A stretch of 63,593 bases of DNA, the filler included, from Nitrospinota bacterium (GTDB taxonomy: Bacteria > JAUXIQ01): assembly GCA_030620925.1 (NCBI GenBank). It is 8 parts of 8 records of this genome, joined end to end, with 100 filler letters (N's around TTAATTAATTAA, not from the genome) between each part and the next. Parts side by side here need not be neighbours in the genome. Positions count along the whole stretch, not along the records: positions 40,434 to 49,687 come from JAUXIQ010000052.1; positions 49,788 to 57,562 come from JAUXIQ010000081.1; 6 more parts are not named here. One strand, 5' to 3'. Positions within the stretch are counted from its first letter, which is position 1. The number at the start of each line of letters is the position of its first letter. Positions 41,285 to 53,081 of this stretch are shown in pieces. Under the pieces are notes generated by a model. That model saw only the letters and a list, made by a program, of their open reading frames with translations. It was not told the origin of the DNA and ran no database searches. The position numbers and the translations under genes were made by a program.

Positions 41285-42667
41285 ATGCGAGATAAGAAAA
41301 TAGAAGAGGCCCTGCAAGAGGGTCTGGAGCATGCTCGGGCAAAAGGATTGGGCGATGTGGAGTTGTATCTATCGTGCAGCCGCGTCCTTTCCGTTAAGGT
41401 TCACAAAGATACGCTGGATGATTTTCAGAGCTCCCGCTCTTCGGGGCTGGGGGTGAGAGTCATCAAGGATAACCGCTGCGGCTATTCCTACACCGAAGAC
41501 CTGGCCCGGGGTTCAGTCGTCTCGGCCATAGACAAAGCCTCACAGATAGCGGCGCTCAACCCGCCCGACGAGCACAACTTCCTCTCCGGGCCCGATGAAA
41601 GCTACCCCCGGTTTAAGGAAATAAGCCGGGAAATAGAGGAAGAGCCCGTTTCCCGCAAGATAGAGATGGCCCGGGAGCTGGAGCGCACCGCCATGGATTT
41701 TGATGAGAGGATAATCAACGTTCCGGATGCCGGATACGGGGATGGATGGCAGGAGGTGACCATCATCAGCTCTCTCGGTATGCACCATACTTACGCCCGC
41801 AACCGCGCCGGTATATTCGTAGGCCTCATGGCGAAAGAGGGCGATGAAATCAAATACCCCTACAAATACAAATACTCTCACCGTCTGGATGACCTGAACC
41901 CCGCGGCCCTGGCACGCGATACAGCCCGTGAAGGGCTTGCATGGCTGGGTGCAAAACAGGCGGCGTCGGGGAGCATGCCGGTGGTCTTCAATAACGAGGC
42001 GGGCCGGTTGCTGCTGGGCGCCTTCAGCGGGGTCTTTTCGGCCAGGAACGTTCAGAAGGGCATCTCCCTCCTGAGAGGTAAGTCAGGGCAGGGGGTGGGC
42101 TCGAAGGTAGTGGATATTTGCGATAATGCGTTGCTGCCCGAAGGGCCCGTCTCCCGACCACTCGACGACGAGGGAACCGCTTCCAGGGAAGTGCATCTGG
42201 TAGAAGGCGGTGCCCTCAAGAACCTCCTGCATAACCGCTACACCGCTTCCATAGACGGCGTCCGCTCCACGGGGAACGCTTCGCGGGGTTCCGTAAGCGC
42301 CACCCTGGGCCTGGCCCCTTCAAATTTCTACCTCGTCCCCCGGCAGGGAACGGTGGAAGACCTTATGCGTGAGGCCGGAGAAGGGATACAGGTGGTGGAC
42401 CTTCAGGGCCTGCACAGTGGCACCAACGCCATATCCGGGGATTTTTCACTGGGAGCCCAGGGATACTATTTCAAGGGCGGGAAGATATCTCATCCCGTGC
42501 ATAATTTTACGGTGGCCGGAAATTTTCTTCAAATGTTGTCGGATGTAGCCGATGTGGCCGCCGACCTGGAGTTTTCCTACCCCCGGGGCAACGTTTCCAT
42601 CGGGAGCCCCAGCTTCCTGGTTTCCGAGCTGGCCATCAGCGGAGAGAGCGCTGCGAAGGACGAATAA
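41285..42667 (+). CDS. TldD/PmbA family protein (PmbA-like)
   Basis: GLGVRVIKD, DDEGT, STGNASR and SGDFSLG. Confidence 0.9.
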   Translation: MRDKKIEEALQEGLEHARAKGLGDVELYLSCSRVLSVKVHKDTLDDFQSSRSSGLGVRVIKDNRCGYSYTEDLARGSVVSAIDKASQIAALNPPDEHNFLSGPDESYPRFKEISREIEEEPVSRKIEMARELERTAMDFDERIINVPDAGYGDGWQEVTIISSLGMHHTYARNRAGIFVGLMAKEGDEIKYPYKYKYSHRLDDLNPAALARDTAREGLAWLGAKQAASGSMPVVFNNEAGRLLLGAFSGVFSARNVQKGISLLRGKSGQGVGSKVVDICDNALLPEGPVSRPLDDEGTASREVHLVEGGALKNLLHNRYTASIDGVRSTGNASRGSVSATLGLAPSNFYLVPRQGTVEDLMREAGEGIQVVDLQGLHSGTNAISGDFSLGAQGYYFKGGKISHPVHNFTVAGNFLQMLSDVADVAADLEFSYPRGNVSIGSPSFLVSELAISGESAAKDE

Positions 42668-42698
42668 TGCGGGAAGACTCGCTCTATGCGGGGGAGGC

Positions 42699-45581
42699 TT
42701 ATGAGTTATTTATAGTGGATTGAGTATCTTTCATGGAGATGAGTTTGCCGGGGTTGAGCAGGTTGTGGGGATCGATGGTCTGCTTGAGGCGCTTCATGAC
42801 GGCCAGGCCGCAGGAGGTTGTATACCACGTTTCAATAAGGCCCAACAGGTTCAGCGGGGCGCGCTCTACGTGGTAGTTGCAGCCCAGCTTACGGTATTGG
42901 ACCGTGGCGTCCATGGCCAGCTTTAATGCTTTTTCTTTAGATTGCTCACCGTTCTCGGAGGCGAAGACCGCTCCTACCAATCCGCTTCCAGGTGCGCAGG
43001 CGATTCTGGTCTGCAGGTGGTGAGCGTCGGCAAGGATCAAAGCTGCCCGGATCGCTCCCTCCACTTTCCCCGGATCGGTTGATACTTGCAAGGCCAGCGA
43101 ATTTTCTCCCATTTCGACCTTTTTGAACCGGCCTATACGGCCGCCAGATGGTTTAATATTTCGGCTGGAGCTTACTGATTCGCCCTTGAGCCTTTCATCG
43201 AAAAAGTCGGACCGCTCAATCCTCAAGGCCCTTGCATCGGCCCCTTTGACCACTAGGGAAACTCCCGCCTCCTTCCATTCCAAAAGTGCCTTGTAGCGTT
43301 TGAGTTTTGCATCGATCCAGGAGCTTCGGCCTGAGCAGTGGAGGATTATGGCCCATTGCTGCGGGTATTTTTCGATTGTATCTATAAGCCCCGCGTCGGT
43401 GAATAGACGTTTCGCGCTGCAGTAGTTATGGAGCTCAATCGTCGAATCAACGTCGCATACCCGGAAGAACTCTCCGCAGCTTGCCAGCGCTTCATGAAGG
43501 TTATCGTAGATGACCACCAGCGCCGCTTCCTCTTCAGGCGCGGGGGCCAGCCTCATTGTCATTTCGGTGATTATACCCAGTGTCCCGTACGAGCCCAGGA
43601 ACAGTTTGCTCATGTCGTACCCGGCTACGTTTTTCATAGTGATTCCGCCGAAGTGGGCCCGCCGGCCGTCTGCCGTTATCACTGTCATGCCGAGGACCAG
43701 GTCGCGGAGCGAGTTGAGGTGAGGGTTGGGGAACCCGCTGTCGGCGGTCGCCGCCGTACCCCCCATCGTGGCTCTGGAAGCGTAAAAGGGCAGCAGGGGC
43801 AGCCGCAAGCCCTGCTTCTCGAGCGTATCCTGAAGGCAGGTATAGCTTATACCCGCCTGAAAGGTGGTCACGAAATTGTCGCTGTCAATCATTTCGATAC
43901 CGTTGAGACCTTCCAGGGAGAGGATGACGTCCGCCCGCTCGGGAATACCCAATCGCAGGGCTTTGCTCCCGCTTCCCCTGGGGACCACCGCCGCATCGCA
44001 GGCAGCGGCCATGCGAACGATCTCGCTTATCTCTTCTTCCGTTTCGGGATAGGCTATGACCCTGGGAACTATACTACCCACCCTGAACTCCTCGCTGGTT
44101 TCTTCGGGGATGTGGATACGTTCCGCTCCCAACAGGTCTAACAGCTCTTTTTCGAGCGTCCGGGTGGGCTGAGCGAGTTGTGCGGCGGAAGGCTTATCAT
44201 TATTGGTTTTCGGGAAGATTTTATCCGGATTGAGAGACCCCGCGGGATCGAAGGTCTCTTTTACCATGCGCATTGCCTCCATTTCTTCCTCGCTGAATAT
44301 CAGCGACATGGCCTCCTTCTTCTCCAGGCCGATACCGTGTTCGCCGCTTATGGTCCCGCCCACTGCCGCGCAGATTTCCATGATCTCTCTTCCGGCGGCG
44401 TGGGCTCTTTCCCGCTCATCGGCGTTGCGGTCGTCGAACAGTATGAGGGGGTGGAGGTTGCCGTCTCCGGCGTGAAATACGTTCCCGATGGGCAGTTCGA
44501 TCTTGCGCGATACCTCTGCTATCTTCCCCAGGACGGATGGTAGTTCCGTGCGCGGCACCGTGCAGTCTGTGACCAGATAGTTGGGGGTGATCCTGGCCAC
44601 GGCCCCGAATGCACCCCTGCGGCCGGACCACAGGGCGTCCCGCTCTTCCTGCTCGACGGCTATCCTCACTTCTCTGGCGTTGTGCCGGCGGCAGAGGTCT
44701 TCTATGGCTTCAGCCTGCGCATTGATCTCTTCCGGCGGGCCGTCAACGTCGATTATAAGCACGGACTCGGCATCCCTGGGGTAGCCTGCTTGTACGGAAT
44801 CTTCCACGGCGTTAATGATGGGCCTGTCCATCATCTCCATTGCCGCAGGCAGTATACCCGCTTTTATGATGGAGGTCACCGCCTGAGCGGCCTCATCTAT
44901 GGAGTCGAATACGGTGAGCAGCGATCTGGTGGCGTCCTGCAGGGGCAGTATTCGCAGCCAGGCTTTGGTCACCACCGCCAGCGTCCCCTCCGAACCTACC
45001 AGCAGTCCCACCAGGTCGTAACCCGGCTGCTGCAGCGCCTCTCCGCCCAGCTCTATGATCTGGCCGGAGGGGAGGACCGCTTCCAGGCCCAGGACGTGGT
45101 TTGTGGTGACTCCGTATTTAAGGCAATGCGGCCCGCCCGAGTTCTCTCCTATGTTGCCTCCAAGTGTCGAAACCCGCTGGCTGGCCGGATCGGGGGGATA
45201 GAAAAACCCCTCCCCGGCTAACTTTTCCTGCAACTCAAGATTGTAGACCCCCGGCTCCACCAGCACCCGGTGGTTCTTCAGGTCCACCTTGAGTATCCTG
45301 TTCATTCGGGAGAGCTCGATAATGATGCCGCCGCGGGCCGGGATGGAGCCGCCGCTCAGGTTGGTGCCGCTGCCCCGGGGTAGATATGGTTTGCCTTCCT
45401 GAGCTGCCAGGTGGACAATTTTAGAGACCTCCAGTGCGTCCCTTGGAAACACCACCGCATCGGGCATGGCCATGTCCAGCGAGGCATCGTATTGGTAAAC
45501 GCGCAAGCCGACGTCGCCGGTAATCAGGTTGTCTCTGCCCACGATCTTGCGCAGCTTGCGCTCTGTTTTTTTGCTGAGCAT
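42699..45581 (-). CDS. FAD-linked oxidase, GlcD-GlcE-like fusion
   Basis: N-half: PRGSGTNLSGG, PDPAS, CLKYGVT, HAGDGNLH, GEHGIG, LNPDK; C-half: MKNVAGYDMSKLFLGSYGTLG..LNPGK. Confidence 0.88.
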   Translation of the reverse strand: MLSKKTERKLRKIVGRDNLITGDVGLRVYQYDASLDMAMPDAVVFPRDALEVSKIVHLAAQEGKPYLPRGSGTNLSGGSIPARGGIIIELSRMNRILKVDLKNHRVLVEPGVYNLELQEKLAGEGFFYPPDPASQRVSTLGGNIGENSGGPHCLKYGVTTNHVLGLEAVLPSGQIIELGGEALQQPGYDLVGLLVGSEGTLAVVTKAWLRILPLQDATRSLLTVFDSIDEAAQAVTSIIKAGILPAAMEMMDRPIINAVEDSVQAGYPRDAESVLIIDVDGPPEEINAQAEAIEDLCRRHNAREVRIAVEQEERDALWSGRRGAFGAVARITPNYLVTDCTVPRTELPSVLGKIAEVSRKIELPIGNVFHAGDGNLHPLILFDDRNADERERAHAAGREIMEICAAVGGTISGEHGIGLEKKEAMSLIFSEEEMEAMRMVKETFDPAGSLNPDKIFPKTNNDKPSAAQLAQPTRTLEKELLDLLGAERIHIPEETSEEFRVGSIVPRVIAYPETEEEISEIVRMAAACDAAVVPRGSGSKALRLGIPERADVILSLEGLNGIEMIDSDNFVTTFQAGISYTCLQDTLEKQGLRLPLLPFYASRATMGGTAATADSGFPNPHLNSLRDLVLGMTVITADGRRAHFGGITMKNVAGYDMSKLFLGSYGTLGIITEMTMRLAPAPEEEAALVVIYDNLHEALASCGEFFRVCDVDSTIELHNYCSAKRLFTDAGLIDTIEKYPQQWAIILHCSGRSSWIDAKLKRYKALLEWKEAGVSLVVKGADARALRIERSDFFDERLKGESVSSSRNIKPSGGRIGRFKKVEMGENSLALQVSTDPGKVEGAIRAALILADAHHLQTRIACAPGSGLVGAVFASENGEQSKEKALKLAMDATVQYRKLGCNYHVERAPLNLLGLIETWYTTSCGLAVMKRLKQTIDPHNLLNPGKLISMKDTQSTINNS

Positions 45582-45815
45582 TGGTTTGGCTCTATATCTC
45601 TATGCTTGTCCAACTCTTAATCGAGCGGTTTTTCATATTAATAGAAATTCGGGCGGCATTATGCCGCCCTTCGAACCTCCAGCCCGAAAATTTCGTTGCC
45701 GATGTTTTCTGACCTATGAGTATTATATATTTTCGTATTTAAAATCATCTTATAGCAACGCCTTGCCGGGATATTTCTTCATCCCCGGTATGGCGCCCCT
45801 ACACTCTAAAGAGGC

Positions 45816-46991
45816 TCAACCATACACTGCCGACACCGCCTGTGAAGCAGCGCCTCGCTCTATATTGAGGCCTTCCGAGCAGAGTATAGTTTCCAGGGCG
45901 CTGAGAAACAGCAGGACGTTGCTCCGGCTGGAAGTGTAACCCATGAGGCCCACTCTCCACAGTTTACCCTTCAGTACACCCAGCCCCCCTCCTATCTCTA
46001 TACTATATTCCTCCAGGAGTCTGTTTCGCACCTTGGCGTCATCAACACCCTCGGGAATGACCACGGCGTTGAGTGTCCACAACCTTTCATCTTTTCCGGG
46101 GAGGATGTTAAGCCCCATGGCCTCCAACCCGGCGACCAGCGCCGTATGGTTCAGCTGGTGGCGCTTGAACCGGGCTTCCAGTCCTTCTTCCAGCACTAAC
46201 CTCAACGCCTCCCTGACGGCGTAGACCATGCTTATTGGTGCGGTATGATGGTAAGCACTTTTTTCGCCCCAGTAGGTATCCAGCAGGCCGAGGTCCAGGT
46301 AGAGGCTCTGGACTTTGGTCTTTCGGTTCCTTACGGCTTCCATGGCCCTTTCGCTGAAGGTTATGGGAGCCATACCGGGGGGGCAGCCCAGGCATTTCTG
46401 TGTTCCGCTGTAGCAGATATCTATTCCCCACTCGTCTACTTTCAGGGGCATCCCGCCCAGCGAAGTCACCGTATCCACCAGAAGTAAAGCCCCTTGTTTT
46501 TGGGCCAGTTCCGAGATTTCCTTAACGGGGTTCATGGCTCCGGTTGAAGTCTCTGCGTGAACCACCGCCACCACCTTGGCCTTGGTCTGTTTCAGTGCGG
46601 ACTCTACTTTATTAACGTCTATGGCATGGCCCCATTCGCCTTCAACTATTGTCGGGCGGCCGCCGCAGCGTTCAGCGATGTCCGCCATCCTGTCGCTGAA
46701 GAAACCGTTGACGCAGATAACCGCCTCATCGCCCGGCTCTATAGCGTTGCATAACGACGCTTCCATCCCCGCGCTGCCTGTGCCTGAAATGGGTAAAGTG
46801 AAATCGTTTGAAGTTTGAAAAACAGACTTCAGCAGGTCCATCACCTCGTGCATGATGCCGATGAAACAGGGGTCCAGATGGCCGATGACGGGAAGCGACA
46901 TGGCTTTGAGCACCCTCGGGTGTACGTTGCTCGGCCCCGGACCCATCAGGATTCGCTCAGGTGGATCGAGCTCCAGAAACTGTTCCTGCAT
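45816..46991 (-). CDS. alanine/serine-glyoxylate aminotransferase (class V PLP)
   Basis: LMGPGPSN, HAETSTG, YSGTQKCL and YHHT. Confidence 0.92.
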   Translation of the reverse strand: MQEQFLELDPPERILMGPGPSNVHPRVLKAMSLPVIGHLDPCFIGIMHEVMDLLKSVFQTSNDFTLPISGTGSAGMEASLCNAIEPGDEAVICVNGFFSDRMADIAERCGGRPTIVEGEWGHAIDVNKVESALKQTKAKVVAVVHAETSTGAMNPVKEISELAQKQGALLLVDTVTSLGGMPLKVDEWGIDICYSGTQKCLGCPPGMAPITFSERAMEAVRNRKTKVQSLYLDLGLLDTYWGEKSAYHHTAPISMVYAVREALRLVLEEGLEARFKRHQLNHTALVAGLEAMGLNILPGKDERLWTLNAVVIPEGVDDAKVRNRLLEEYSIEIGGGLGVLKGKLWRVGLMGYTSSRSNVLLFLSALETILCSEGLNIERGAASQAVSAVYG

Positions 46992-47235
46992 CTTAAAACT
47001 CCTCATGAACTGGGTAATTCTAATTTCGGAGAGCGGAAAAATTTTGCCTGAAAAAATTACTCTGCATCTTACTCAATAGCGAGCGAAAACACAAAGGTTA
47101 ATTAAGTTTCTGTGGTGATATTAAATTGTAAGTAGTAAAATGAAGGTGAGAAATTTAGAGGTGAATAGTTGTTCTCGTCCGTTCTCAAGAAGGGCGGCAG
47201 GTCCGAATTAAAGTAAAGGCTTGATCGGTTACAAA

Positions 47236-47550
47236 ATGGACAGCAAAGTCATCAATAGAATCGTAGATAAAATAATAAAGGAATATAGGCCTGAAAAGGT
47301 CATTCTTTTCGGCTCTTATGTTTATGGGGAACCGACCGAGGATAGCGATATAGACCTTTTGATTATCAAGAATACTGATAAGAGGCCCATTGACAGGTGG
47401 GTAGAAGTCAAAAGACTTTTACGAGGTACCGCCGACAAACTCCCTGTATCACCTTTTGTATATACGGAGAAGGAAATCGAGGAGAGAGTTTCCATGAAGG
47501 ATTTCTTCATTGAGGAGATATTGAAAACGGGTAAAGTTCTTTATGGATAA
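47236..47550 (+). CDS. minimal nucleotidyltransferase (MNT)
   Basis: LFGSYVYG..DSDIDLLII. Confidence 0.9.
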   Translation: MDSKVINRIVDKIIKEYRPEKVILFGSYVYGEPTEDSDIDLLIIKNTDKRPIDRWVEVKRLLRGTADKLPVSPFVYTEKEIEERVSMKDFFIEEILKTGKVLYG

Positions 47551-47949
47551 GTCTTTCAAAAAGCTGGCCGCGGAGTGGTTTGAACGAGGGCGCCGTGATA
47601 TAGACACGGCCGGTTGCTGTATGATCAGAAGGGGTATACCGATATTATCGCCTATCATATGCAGCAAGCCATTGAGAAAAATCTTAAAGGCTATTTAATT
47701 CTTCACGGAAAGAAGCCCCCGAGGATACATGAGCTCGATACACTCCTCAACCGTATTTCAGAATTTGATGACAGCCTGGTCGATTTTATGGACCTTTGTG
47801 AAAAAACCTCACGATACTACATTGAGGCTCGTTATCCTCCCGGTTCTCCCCTTGAATATGAAGAGATCAAAGACGATTTGGACTTGACATGGAAATTGAT
47901 TGCAAAGATAAGGGCCAAAGCAGGTATTTCTGATATAGAGCAGCGTTGA
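47543..47949 (+). pseudogene. HEPN-domain protein with a one-base frameshift near 47610
   Basis: MDKSFKKLAAEWFERGRRDIDTA in one frame continues as RLLYDQKGY..HMQQAIEKNLKG..RIHEL..ARYP in another. Confidence 0.8.
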
Positions 47950-48096
47950 GTGTATCTTTTTGAACGGAAATTCCTGTTAACAACGTATCTTTGCCAAATG
48001 CCTACCGTTGTGTACTTTATAAAAATCCTGAGAGCATGGGTCTGATGGGAATATTTCTATGGAAAGATTCCCTTCCTGCATTTGCCTCCAACATTT

Positions 48097-48249
48097 TCAG
48101 GCGGATACAGGTGGTCTACGCTCCGCCCAGGGCCGCGCCTCTTCGAGCTGAGCAGCCAGACGGAATAAGGTGGCTTCATCGCCGAACCGTCCGATGAAAT
48201 GTGATCCAATAGGCAGGCCCGCGGCGTTCCAGTAGAGGGGCACCGACAT
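48097..48249 (-). pseudogene. amidase C-terminal fragment
   Basis: [47 protein letters not shown]. Confidence 0.85.
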
Positions 48250-48425
48250 GCACCGGCAGCCGCCTGCCCACATAAGAGAACTCCTTCCTCATGGATTCTC
48301 GGCCCCCTTCCAGTGCCCTTGGGGGAGGGGTTCGGGGTAAGGAACGCTGTGCTTCTGCCTTTTCTGTTGACTTTATCTTTGCTGTTTGTACCGATGTGCG
48401 CCGTGTATGTCATTACGGTCAAACA

Positions 48426-49460
48426 TCATGGCTTGCGGCCAGTGACGATGCTCCAGTAGCCAAAGGTCGGCTTCACTTCGATGTCAGTAAACCCCGCCTC
48501 CACGAGCATCGTGGACAACTCCTGGCCTGAATACTGCTGGCCTGGTACCCACAAGAGCATGACAACATCGAAGGCAGCGGCCGCTAAAGGGTCGGTCTTG
48601 TCGTCATTAAAAAGTATCTCATGGATGATGATGCGACCCCCAGGCTTGAGGCTGTCAAAGCTCTTCTGAGTCAGGAAACGGCACTTCTCGGGTGGCCAGT
48701 TTTGGTAGCTGTTAGAATAGAAGTGGAAATCGGCCAACGGAAAGGCATCCTTCCAGTAATCGAATACCTGCGTCTTGACGCGGTTCTGCAGGTCATGGCG
48801 CTTGATGATCTCTTCTGCTACTTCGCACACTAGGGGCAGATCGAGGATAATGGCCTGCAAGTCGGGCCATCGCTGCGTCGCACCGATGGCGTGGGCACCC
48901 GAACCGCCGCCGATGTCGAGCATCAGCCGGTGCTCCAACAGGTCAACGGCTTCGGGCCAGGCTAGCGCAGGCCCCATGCTGAGGCCGTGCATCCCGAGGG
49001 TGAACGTGCGTGCCTGCTCGGCCTGCTTCTTGTGTGATTCTACATAATCCTCACCACCATAGGCTTGTGGGGAGTTCGTCAGCACCGCCTTTTTCAGGCT
49101 CTCAACTGAGTATACGGAGTAGGCCGCAATTGTCAGGTCCAGATATCCGCTGAAGGATGTGGGGCTGCTTTCGAGCAGATAGGTTTCCGCAAGCGGGGTC
49201 AATGAATAACGATTATCTTCGAGTCGAACCAGCCCTAAACATGCGTTTACAGACAGGAGTGCTCCCGCGGGACGAGGGTCAATTCCCAGCGCATCGCAGA
49301 CCTCAGGCAAGGTGCGTGGCTTTTCGGCCAGAAGGGAAAAGAGCTTGAGGTCGTGAGATACCAGGACGGCCGGGTATGCATATATGCCTGAAAGAATATC
49401 CCAGATGGGCCGATCATCCATCCTCGGTCTCTGAATTGCTGGAATAGATTTCTCGTTCAT
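48426..49460 (-). CDS. O-methyltransferase (dimerisation + Methyltransf_2 domains)
   Basis: LDIGGGSG, LDLP and LKPGGRIIIHE; AAGGAGG RBS. Confidence 0.9.
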   Translation of the reverse strand: MNEKSIPAIQRPRMDDRPIWDILSGIYAYPAVLVSHDLKLFSLLAEKPRTLPEVCDALGIDPRPAGALLSVNACLGLVRLEDNRYSLTPLAETYLLESSPTSFSGYLDLTIAAYSVYSVESLKKAVLTNSPQAYGGEDYVESHKKQAEQARTFTLGMHGLSMGPALAWPEAVDLLEHRLMLDIGGGSGAHAIGATQRWPDLQAIILDLPLVCEVAEEIIKRHDLQNRVKTQVFDYWKDAFPLADFHFYSNSYQNWPPEKCRFLTQKSFDSLKPGGRIIIHEILFNDDKTDPLAAAAFDVVMLLWVPGQQYSGQELSTMLVEAGFTDIEVKPTFGYWSIVTGRKP

Positions 49461-49496
49461 GACATTCTCCTCCTTAGATTTACCTTTTCGCATGGC

Positions 49497-49520
49497 GCCT
49501 AACGCCGGAGTTTAGCTGCC
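49497..49520 (-). mobile_element. integron attC-like right half with GTTRRRY core
   Basis: minus strand GGCAGCTAAACTCCGGC-GTTAGGC exactly at the amidase breakpoint. Confidence 0.5.
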
Positions 49521-49687
49521 GTCGGGGAGTTGGCCCTCGGCCGCATCGCGCGCAAGCTCATACATGGGTGTGATGACTGCGTTGAGGGCGGGGTTCAGCC
49601 GCTCGATGCGCTCGATGGCCGCTTCCACCAGTTCTGGCGCACTGACTTCTCCCTTCCGCACCAGCTCTGCCTGCGCTGTAGCATCTA
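49512..49687 (-). pseudogene. amidase N-terminal fragment
   Basis: [43 protein letters not shown]. Confidence 0.85.
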
Positions 49688-49787
49688 NNNNNNNNNNNNN
49701 NNNNNNNNNNNNNNNNNNNNNNNNNNNNNNNTTAATTAATTAANNNNNNNNNNNNNNNNNNNNNNNNNNNNNNNNNNNNNNNNNNNN
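49688..49787. other. artificial contig linker
   Basis: N-TTAATTAATTAA-N. Confidence 0.98.
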
Positions 49788-51200
<1,413 letters not shown>

Positions 51201-51316
51201 CTACAACTCCACAGATTCAGAGACACGCTTCAAAAGCGTTTAACCTATCAAACCAACAATTATACCTTCATCTGTTATCAATAACGATTTCAGGCAAACC
51301 GTGACGTCTCCCAACC

Positions 51317-51359
51317 GTAGGGGCGTTCCCGCGGCACGCGGGATCAAACCCGCCCCTAC
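51317..51359. repeat. GTAG-type REP with internal palindrome
   Basis: GTAGGGGCG-T-TCCCGCGGCACGCGGGA-TCAAACC-CGCCCCTAC, overlapping the grpE stop codon. Confidence 0.65.
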
Positions 51360-51976
51360 TCTACGGTGAGTCTGCGCACCCGGACTTTGGCCGGCCGCAA
51401 CAGCTTACCGTTTATAGTATACCCTTTCTCAAGCTCGTCCGATACCCTGTTATCTTCTTCAGGGTCACTGGTGGGAACTGTCCCCAACGCCTCGCTAACC
51501 GAGGGGTCGAACGGCTCGCCTACCACTACAACCCGTTCAACACCTTCCTTTTTCAGTTGCCCCAGGAACTGATCGTTCACCATCTTTATGCCTTCAAGAA
51601 GGTTGTCGTCGGGTCCGTGCTCTTCGGCGGAGGCGATGGCCCGCTCCAGGTTGTCCAGCACGGGGAGAAATTCCAGTATCAGCTCGGTCCTGGCTTGCTC
51701 CATGCGGCGCTCCGACTCTCGGTTCAACCGCTCCCTGAAGCCCGCGTTCTCCTGCTCCACCCTGTCCATGAACTCCCTGAGTTTGCGGTCCTTCTCCTCC
51801 AGCTGAGCCTGGAGCTGTTCGAGATACGTCGGGAGTCGTTGTTTTTCGGCAGGCGGCGCTTCCCCTTCATCTCCTTCACGGAGCACCCCGCGTCTCCTGT
51901 CGCTGACTGTGAAAGAAGGCTCTTCGGACTCTTCCCGCTCTTCTTTCGGGTTGTTATCTTCTTTTTTCTTATTCAT
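51356..51976 (-). CDS. grpE: nucleotide exchange factor GrpE
   Basis: LPVLDNLERA, GEPFDP and KGY..LLRPAKV. Confidence 0.92.
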   Translation of the reverse strand: MNKKKEDNNPKEEREESEEPSFTVSDRRRGVLREGDEGEAPPAEKQRLPTYLEQLQAQLEEKDRKLREFMDRVEQENAGFRERLNRESERRMEQARTELILEFLPVLDNLERAIASAEEHGPDDNLLEGIKMVNDQFLGQLKKEGVERVVVVGEPFDPSVSEALGTVPTSDPEEDNRVSDELEKGYTINGKLLRPAKVRVRRLTVE

Positions 51977-52147
51977 CTTTTCAACTCAAACTTTTTGTAA
52001 TAACCAACAGTAACTAAATATAAGGACGGCAGGATGCCGCCCCTATGAACACTATCGTTATCCATGACCATAAAATTGTTAATAAGAAAAGCTTCCAGCA
52101 CCGCTATCGCGCATACTGATTAAATGGTTTCTTTCTGAAACTATCCC

Positions 52148-52996
52148 CTACCCGTGCATCTCCATCAGCCTCTGGATGCGTTTCTCAATTGGGGGATGGG
52201 TGCTGAAAAGCGCCGTCAATCCGCCCCCGCTGAAGGGATGCACAATGAACATGTGGGCGGTGGAGGGGTTTGCGGAAGTCATGGGCGCCCGCCGCGAGTA
52301 GTTGTGCAGCTTCTCCAATGCTTTAGCCAGGCCGCGAGGAGTGCCTGCCAGGCGTGCGCCCGTGCTGTCCGCCAGGTATTCCCTTGACCTCGAAATGGCC
52401 AACTGGATTATGAGCGCCGCTATGGGGGCCAGAATTGCAATGGCCAGAAGACCTATGCCTCCCGCGCCATCATCGTCGTCCCCGCCGAGACCCCCAAAAA
52501 AGGCCGTCCACCTGAGCCAGGTGCCTATTATCATGATGGCGCCGGCCAGGCTGGCGGCAATGGTGCTCACCAATATGTCGCGGTTCTTCACATGGGATAG
52601 TTCGTGGGCCAGGACACCCTCCAGCTCGCGCTTGTCCAACAAATTCAGAGCCCCTTCCGTCACGGCTACGGCGGCGTTGGCCGGGTTGCGACCTGTGGCG
52701 AAGGCGTTGGGGCTGTCTTGAGGTATAACGTAGAGGCGAGGCTCCGGCATATTCGCCCGCATGGCCAGGTTTCTGACAGTGTTGTACAGGTAAGGGTCAT
52801 CATCCCTGGTGACGGGCCGGGCGCGGTACATTCTGAGGACGATCTTGTCCGAATACCAGTAACTGACGAGGTTCATCACCAGGGCGAAGAAAAAGGCCAT
52901 CAGCATCCCTTTCTGCCCGCCCAGCGCGTGGCCGATAAGCAGAATGATGGCTGTAAGGCTGGCCAGGAGGAGGGTTGTCTTAACCTGATTGCTCAT
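52148..52996 (-). CDS. htpX: M48 zinc protease HtpX
   Basis: PNAFATGR, HELSH, SRSREYLAD and FSTHPP. Confidence 0.95.
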   Translation of the reverse strand: MSNQVKTTLLLASLTAIILLIGHALGGQKGMLMAFFFALVMNLVSYWYSDKIVLRMYRARPVTRDDDPYLYNTVRNLAMRANMPEPRLYVIPQDSPNAFATGRNPANAAVAVTEGALNLLDKRELEGVLAHELSHVKNRDILVSTIAASLAGAIMIIGTWLRWTAFFGGLGGDDDDGAGGIGLLAIAILAPIAALIIQLAISRSREYLADSTGARLAGTPRGLAKALEKLHNYSRRAPMTSANPSTAHMFIVHPFSGGGLTALFSTHPPIEKRIQRLMEMHG

Positions 52997-53081
52997 CTTT
53001 TATCTTCACCCTGCAAACTTATTCAGACTTCATCTATCAGTTTAACTATATACCTATAACTATCCATATATTATAATTATA

